NCBI GenBank assembly: GCA_950097015.1
Contig: CATNEN010000011.1
Location: 2,914,001 to 2,978,000, forward strand
Direction: 5' to 3'
Source of the DNA: Macrostomum hystrix
Taxonomy: Eukaryota; Animalia; Platyhelminthes
Length of the DNA: 64,000 nucleotides
Of the stretch, positions 57,346-64,000 are shown in pieces. Position 1 is the first letter of the stretch; each line of letters begins with the position of its first letter. A program made the position numbers and the translations under genes. The notes below the pieces were generated by a model, which searched no databases, was not told the origin of the DNA, and saw only the letters and a list, made by a program, of their open reading frames with translations.

Positions 57346-57637
57346 AGCTGAGAAATAAGTACAAAATAAGTACAAAATAGTGTGTTTTTTTCGACTGATG
57401 AACACTGAAATATTTTCTTAACAAATTAATTAAACGACTGCACCTAACCATTTCAGATTCTTAACTGCCATGTAGTGCAACAATCAACCTTGTCTATCTG
57501 GACACCCGTTATACTGTTCTCCATCCGGTGTTTGAGTTCTTTAAAGACAAGCTTAAAAGTCTCAAAGCAAAAACGATTTTGGCATAAACTAACATAAAAT
57601 TATTCAAAAGGTCACTTGATTAGAAGACGTAGTAGGC

Positions 57638-59998
57638 ATGGCCCAACCTCCGATGAATCACTATAGGCAAGGCTTGCCACTTGGCGGCGGTGTTGGAGGC
57701 GGCATGGGTGGCGGCGGTAGTACCCTAGGTCGCAAGCGAGTGCAAGTTAGCTACGTGATTCGCGACGACACTGAAAAGTACAATAGATTCGGCGTGAACT
57801 CGTTACAATTCGATCCGGTGCAGAATCGTTTGTTCACAGCTGGTCGAGATAGTATTATTAGAATCTATAACACTAACAATCACGATGAGCCTTATCTGCA
57901 GTCGATGGAGCATCACACAGATTGGGTAAATGATATTGTTCTCTGCTGCAGTCGCAAGAATCTAATAAGCTGTTCATCTGACACAACGGTAAAGGTATGG
58001 AATAGTTCCAGAGGTTTCTGCATGTCAACTCTGCGCACTCACAAGGACTATGTCAGAGCTCTAGCCTATGCTAAGCATAAAGAATTAGTTGCTTCAGCTG
58101 GCCTAGATAAGGCCATCTATATCTGGGATGTAAATGTGTTGACTGCATTGACAGCCAGTAACAATACTGTAACTACAAGCAGCTTGGCTGGCAACAAAGA
58201 CAGCATCTATAGTCTAGCTATGAATCACAGCGCCACAATGATTGTGTCCGGTAGTACAGAAAATATACTCCGAATCTGGGATCCCAGATCGTGTCAGAAG
58301 CAGTGCAAATTGCGTGGTCACACCGACAATGTCCGCTCCATTGTCATTAGCAATGACGGATCAAAGATTCTTAGCGGCTCCTCCGATGGCACCATCAAAC
58401 TGTGGTCAGTTGGCGAGCAGCGTTGCATCTGGACTTTCGTTGGTCACGGCGCTGGTGTCTGGACTCTGCAAGCCAACGAAGCCTTCAACACATTGTATTC
58501 ATCTGGCAAAGATGCCAGAGTCCTTGCCTGGGACCTTATCGATGTTCAGCAGCCTTATCGCCTAATCTGTCAGGAAGACTGTCCCGTATTGAAGGTGCTG
58601 CTAGTTGAAGAGACTCAACAGCCTCACCTGTGGATTTCCACAACTAACACCAATGTGAAGCGTTGGCCATTATCGTCGCTGCCGTTTCAGCATCATCAGT
58701 ATTCAAATAGGCACAATCAGTATCCTCTTTTGCCTTCTTCTGTCGCACCTGCCACTGGACCAGCTACCACGGCTTTCTCCGATCTAACAAATTCATCCGC
58801 TTCTGGCTCGGCGTCCGCTTCCGCCTCTGTATCGGCCGCCGCTTCGCCCGACGGCGATAGAAGTCCTCCTTCGCTTGTTCCTCCTCCGCCGCCGCCACCG
58901 CCTCAGCAGCCGCATCAGCCGCCGCTGTCGCCGGAGCCAAATTTTTGCATCACCGGCGGCAGTTGCATTCGTCAATATCACATTAGCAACGATAAGCGCT
59001 TTTTGTTAACTAAAGATTCAAACGACTGTGTTGCGCTCTACGATGTTGTTCTAGTGCGTAAACTGCAAGACCTACCAGCCGGCAGCTTTGATCAGCGAGC
59101 CGCAGATATGACCGCTAAGCGAGTCTTTGTACCCAGTTGGTTTTCAGTTGATTTGAAAACTGGCCTACCAATGATTCATCTTGAGGAGCAGGACTGCTTT
59201 AGTGCCTGGGTTAGTCAGAGAGATTCCGGTATAGCGGTTGATGGCTTGCCAAGGGAGCCGCCAGCTGCTGGTGGCGTCACCCAGCCAGACTCCAAGATCA
59301 ACTACGGCGGCTTAGTTTTGCAGGCATTGTTCGAGCACTGGCCGCCGACTCGTGTTAGAAAAGAGGACGGCGGCTACACTAGGGCTAACTTGTACTTCTC
59401 CGTGCCGCAGCACACTCCGGTAGTCCTTAGCGAATCAACTGGGCGCACTCTGTTCCGCCTGCTAGTGCGAGACAGCGGAGGCGAATCAGAGAATGCCATC
59501 CTTAGCGAAACAGTTCCGGCTTGGATCACGGACATTCTGGTTGACAAGAACCTGCCAAAGTACATTAAGATCTCATTCTATTTGAATCCATATCCGGCTT
59601 CTAGTGTGAAAAGTTTACGCAAAGATCGTCTAAGCGCCAACGATATGCTGCAGATTCGCAAGGTGGCCGAGCATGTCGTTGAAATGTGGCGGACAGAGAG
59701 TCTTCCACCTGGAGTTCCGCCTCTGCTTCCGTCGCAGCAGCAGCAGCAGCAGCAACAGTCGCAGCACTATCAACAGCAGCAGCAACAGGCTGCTTCTTCT
59801 GATACTAACACCACAGATCAGTTGGCAGCGCAGCAGCAGAGGCCAGCGGAAGAGCTAGTTGAGATTCTCATTAACGACACAGTTCTGGATCCCAATATAG
59901 ACCTGCGCACGGCTAAGCATTTTTATTGGAAGAGTGGCGGCGATCTTGTCTTGTTCTTTCGTAGAAAAGACGATCGAAAACACGGGAACCGAAAGTAA
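57638..59998 (+). CDS. WDR48: WD repeat-containing protein 48 (UAF1, USP1-associated factor), single exon, 786 aa
   Basis: [96 protein letters not shown] and [16 protein letters not shown] match WDR48; polyQ/Pro/Ser insertions. Confidence 0.97.
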   Translation: MAQPPMNHYRQGLPLGGGVGGGMGGGGSTLGRKRVQVSYVIRDDTEKYNRFGVNSLQFDPVQNRLFTAGRDSIIRIYNTNNHDEPYLQSMEHHTDWVNDIVLCCSRKNLISCSSDTTVKVWNSSRGFCMSTLRTHKDYVRALAYAKHKELVASAGLDKAIYIWDVNVLTALTASNNTVTTSSLAGNKDSIYSLAMNHSATMIVSGSTENILRIWDPRSCQKQCKLRGHTDNVRSIVISNDGSKILSGSSDGTIKLWSVGEQRCIWTFVGHGAGVWTLQANEAFNTLYSSGKDARVLAWDLIDVQQPYRLICQEDCPVLKVLLVEETQQPHLWISTTNTNVKRWPLSSLPFQHHQYSNRHNQYPLLPSSVAPATGPATTAFSDLTNSSASGSASASASVSAAASPDGDRSPPSLVPPPPPPPPQQPHQPPLSPEPNFCITGGSCIRQYHISNDKRFLLTKDSNDCVALYDVVLVRKLQDLPAGSFDQRAADMTAKRVFVPSWFSVDLKTGLPMIHLEEQDCFSAWVSQRDSGIAVDGLPREPPAAGGVTQPDSKINYGGLVLQALFEHWPPTRVRKEDGGYTRANLYFSVPQHTPVVLSESTGRTLFRLLVRDSGGESENAILSETVPAWITDILVDKNLPKYIKISFYLNPYPASSVKSLRKDRLSANDMLQIRKVAEHVVEMWRTESLPPGVPPLLPSQQQQQQQQSQHYQQQQQQAASSDTNTTDQLAAQQQRPAEELVEILINDTVLDPNIDLRTAKHFYWKSGGDLVLFFRRKDDRKHGNRK

Positions 59999-60214
59999 AT
60001 CACTTTAAAAAGTTATTGTTTTCTAAATTGGCGCCCTTTTATTGTCGGCAATTTTGTTAAAAAATCTATCTTTCTCATAAATGCCTGTACTTGCTTGCTT
60101 GCTGTTGACTTGTGCTTTAACTTTAAGTTAGGTTTTAAAATTTAAGCGTTAACCTATTCACGAGAGGTAGATAAATAAAATAAAATATTGTTTAAGTCAC
60201 TTCAATGATCATCA

Positions 60215-60605
60215 GGTGTGTTTAATAGTGTTCAGGTGTCTAGAATGGGGTTCATGTTCAGGTGTGTGGAATGGGGTTTGGGTGTCTAGAATGGAGTTCA
60301 GGTGTGAGGAATGGGGTTCAGGTGTCTTGAATAGTGTTCAGGTGTCTTGAATGGGGTTCAGGTGTCTAGAATGGGGTTCAGGTGTCTTGAATGGGGTTCA
60401 GGTGTCTTGAATGGGGTTCAGGTGTCTTGAATGGGGTTCAGGTGTGAGGAATAGTGTTCAGGTGTCTTGAATGGGGTTCAGGTGTCTTGAATAGTGTTCA
60501 GGTGTCTTGAATGGGGTTCAGGTGTCAAGAATGGGGTTCAGGTGTCTTGAATGGGGCTCAGGTATCTAGAATGGGGCTCAGGTATCTAGAATGGGGCTTA
60601 TGTGT
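60215..60605. repeat. 20-bp minisatellite (GGTGTCTTGAATGGGGTTCA) downstream of WDR48
   Basis: Tandem units beginning shortly after AATAAA motifs at ~60173-60183. Confidence 0.95.
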
Positions 60606-61024
60606 CATGAGGTAGTTCTGGTTTTTCATTATTATTTATTCTTTTTTATTCCCGAGTAAGAATGCTACATGTTGATAGCAAGTTGATTTCAAAGACCTGT
60701 AAAGTGTCTTTAGCTACTATCTTTCAGTTTTTTAATCCTCTCTCCTGAATTTCACAATTTTTTGTATTCTGTTTTGCTTCTAAAGAAACGAAATTTCTCT
60801 AGTAATAAATATTTAACTGTGTACCATTTTATACTTAATAGTTCTGCTAGGTAAATATATATAAAAAACTACTATAATTGCTTGCTTTACCAATAGCTTT
60901 TGGCACAGTTTTTTTTACCTATTTTATTTGCATACATTGCAGTGCGCTATTCAAATTTATTACATGTTATTTGTATTGGTTAGCTGAGATATTTCTAAGA
61001 AATGTTCTGGATTTAAGTTACATT

Positions 61025-62050
61025 CCTCTAGCCCCAATCTCTCCATCCTTCTACCCCCAATCTCTTCATCCTTCTACCCCAATCTCTTCATCCTTCTACC
61101 CCCAATCTCTTCATCCTTCTACCCCAATCTCTTCATCCTTCTACCCCCAATCTCTTCATCCTTCTACCCCCAATCTATTCATCCTTCTACCCCCAATCTC
61201 TTCATCCTTCTACCCCCAATCTCTCCATCCTTCTACCCCCAATCTCTTCATCCTTCTACCCCCAATCTCTTCATCCTTCTACCCCCAATCTCTTCATCCT
61301 TCTACCCCGAATCTCTCCATTCTTCTACCCCCAATCTCTTCATCCTTCTACCCCAATCTCTTCATCCTTCTACCCCCAATCTCTTCATCCTTCTACCCCC
61401 AATCTCTTCATCCTTCTACCCCAATCTCTTCATCCTTCTACCCCCAATCTCTTCATCCTTCTACCCCAATCTCTTCATCCTTCTACCCCCAATCTCTTCA
61501 TCCTTCTACCCCCAATCTATTCATCCTTCTACCCCCAAACTCTCCATCCTTCTACCCCCAATCTCTTCATCCTTCTACCCCAATCTCTTCATCCTTCTAC
61601 CCCCAATCTCTTCATCCTTCTACCCCAATCTCTTCATCCTTCTACCCCCAATCTCTTCATCCTTCTACCCCCAATCTATTCATCCTTCTACCCCCAATCT
61701 CTTCATCCTTCTACCCCCAATCTCTCCATCCTTCTACCCCCAATCTCTTCATCCTTCTACCCCCAATCTCTTCATCCTTCTACCCCGAATCTCTCCATTC
61801 TTCTACCCCCAATCTCTTCATCCTTCTACCCCAATCTCTTCATCCTTCTACCCCCAATCTCTCCATCCTTCTACCCCCAATCTCTTCATCCTTCTACCCC
61901 AATCTCTTCATCCTTCTACCCCCAATCTCTTCATCCTTCTACCCCAATCTCTTCATCCTTCTACCCCCAATCTCTTCATCCTTCTACCCCCAATCTATTC
62001 ATCCTTCTACCCCTAATTTATCCATCCTTCTACTCTCTATTCCACCCCCA
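61025..62050. repeat. 22/23-bp minisatellite (TTCTACCCCCAATCTCTTCATCC)
   Basis: Tandem C-rich units with C4/C5 length variants. Confidence 0.97.
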
Positions 62051-63054
62051 CCCAAGGTAGGTTAATTTATTTTACCTGAAGAGAATAATTGTCAAAACAT
62101 AATTAAGTTTAGGTCAAGCACTTGTTTAATTATGCCGTTATGTGGTTCATTGCAGTAAATACTTTTTCAATTGAGATAAATTATCTTATGTATACCCTTT
62201 TGACTGTCATCTACATTAGCACAATTTTCAATTGGAAAACGATGCGAACGCTTAAAATTGAGTTTTTTTTAAAAGCCACATTCCATATTCAAAATGAATT
62301 GTTAAATTTACGATTTTAATTAATTATCTACTTAATTAAACTTCTTATAAATGTTCCAATTATACTACTGCCCAGTTTGTCTATTGTAAGCAGTTTTCAT
62401 TTTACGTAACTGAAATATAAAACTGCACGTTAGACATAAATCAATGCTGCTTTCTAAGTGTTGTCAGTTGTCTCAATAATTTAGATATTTGGAGGAAAAG
62501 TTTAATGCCCTGCCTGACACTTTATCGTTTCTACTTTGAAGCTGTAATTCTATTTCAGTTTTAATGGTCAAACAAACTTAGCTACAATTAAATTATTTAA
62601 TTTTCCTCTTTGATGTGATGAAATATTTTTTCATGTTTTTCTTAGTTGAAAAAAACACAGAATTGTGCCTAAATTTTCAGGACTATATTTTATTAGGTTC
62701 GTATTGCTGTTCCTATTATTTAATATATGGCCTAGTTATTCAATTAAACTAAATTTAACTAGACATGTTAGTGTATGAATCTGGTTTGTGAGGAACCTGA
62801 CTTAGTTTAATTTCTATCAATTCATTCATTTTTCTATGCATACACAATTAGTTTTCGTATTTGTCTTAAGAATTATTAACTGCCTATACTACAATTGCAT
62901 GTCGATTCTAGCTCCTAACAATAAAATGTTAAATTTAACATTGAAACATTTGCGCATTTCACTAAGACACTTTTTGTTTTTTATTTTAAGACTGACACAA
63001 ATTTATACTGTAAAAGTCCTAATAGTGTTAGTTAAGACACAGAGCCTACCTTTG

Positions 63055-64000
63055 AGATATCCTACCTGTTAAGACAGATCCTAACTTTTAAGACATCCTA
63101 CCTGTTAAGAAACAGATCCTACCTGTTAAAACACATCCTAACTGTTAAGAAACAGATCCAACCTGTTAAGAAACAGATCCAACCTGTTAAGACACTACCT
63201 ACCTGTTAAGACACGTCCTACCTGTTAAGAAACAGATCCAACCTGTTAAGACACTACCTACCTGTTAAGACACGTCCTACCTGTTAAGAAACAGATCCAA
63301 CCTGTTAAGACACTACCTACCTGTTAAGACACGTCCTACCTGTTAAGAAACAGATCCAACCTGTTAAGACACTACCTACCTGTTAAGACACATCCTACCT
63401 GTTCAGACACACATCCTACCTGTTAAGACACTACCTACCTGTCTAGGCTACTATTCTACCTTTCTATCTTCCTATCCTACCTGTCAAGGTTCCTATGCTA
63501 CCTGTATAGGCTACTATCCTACTGTCCTACCTCTCGAGATATCTTTCATACCTGTCTAGGCTACTACCCTACCTGTCTAGCTTCCTATCCTACCTGTCTA
63601 GCATTCTACCGAACTGTCTAGGCTACTATCCTACCTGTCTATGGTACTATACTACCTATATAGTCCACTATCCTACTGTCCTACCTGTCTAAATTTCTAA
63701 CTTACCTGTCCAGGCTACTATCCTACCTGTCAAGATTTCTATCCTACCTGTCTAAGCTGCTATCCTACCTGTATAGCTTCCTACCTTCCTGTCTAGGCTA
63801 CTATCCTACCTGTCTAGGCAGGCTACTATCCTACCTCTCTAGGCTACTATCCTACCTCTCTAGGCTACTATCCTACCTGTCTAGGCAGGCTACTATCTTA
63901 CCTGTCTAGGCAGGCTACTATCCTACCTCTCTAGGCTACTATCCTACTTGTCTATGGTACTATACTACCTATATAGTCCACTATCCTACTGTCCTACCTG
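63055..64000. repeat. CCTACCTGT-core arrays: 59-bp higher-order repeat of three ~20-bp subunits (to ~63435), then ~21-bp CCTACCTGTCTAGGCTACTAT units
   Basis: AACCTG at 63181 and 63240 (period 59); runs to the window end. Confidence 0.92.

Noticed and set aside
60878-62065. 395-aa ORF with repeated SSFYPQSLHPSTP
   Set aside because: It is the translation of the 22/23-bp minisatellite, which lacks stops by composition; it starts on TTG and the frame shifts with unit length.

Overview
Eukaryotic (metazoan) genomic DNA. The intronless housekeeping genes and introns filled with private 15-48 bp minisatellites suggest a free-living flatworm such as Macrostomum, but this is inference only. Eight protein-coding loci are supported. 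Three are single-exon: a choline transporter-like SLC44 (+), an Apaf-1-like CARD-NB-ARC-WD40 protein (-) and WDR48/UAF1 (+). Four are spliced models I assembled by checking intron phase: C19orf47-like (4 exons), a divergent type II pantothenate-kinase-fold protein (3 exons), PDSS2-like (3 exons, one GC-AG intron) and glutamine-dependent NAD synthetase (6 exons, possibly 8). The eighth is the FN3-TM-tail exon of a probable cell-surface receptor (-). The non-coding DNA holds about 20 tandem arrays, two tRNA-headed SINE families, RTE and other non-LTR fragments, and several MITEs with TIRs and TSDs. Most notable: an RTE insertion with a twin-priming (5'-inversion) structure, a PanK paralogue with a remodelled nucleotide-binding loop, a possible ~207-aa C-terminal extension on NAD synthetase, two independent insertions of one MITE into one minisatellite, and a CAGGTAG core shared by unrelated arrays. 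Repeat boundaries are approximate and no database searches were run.
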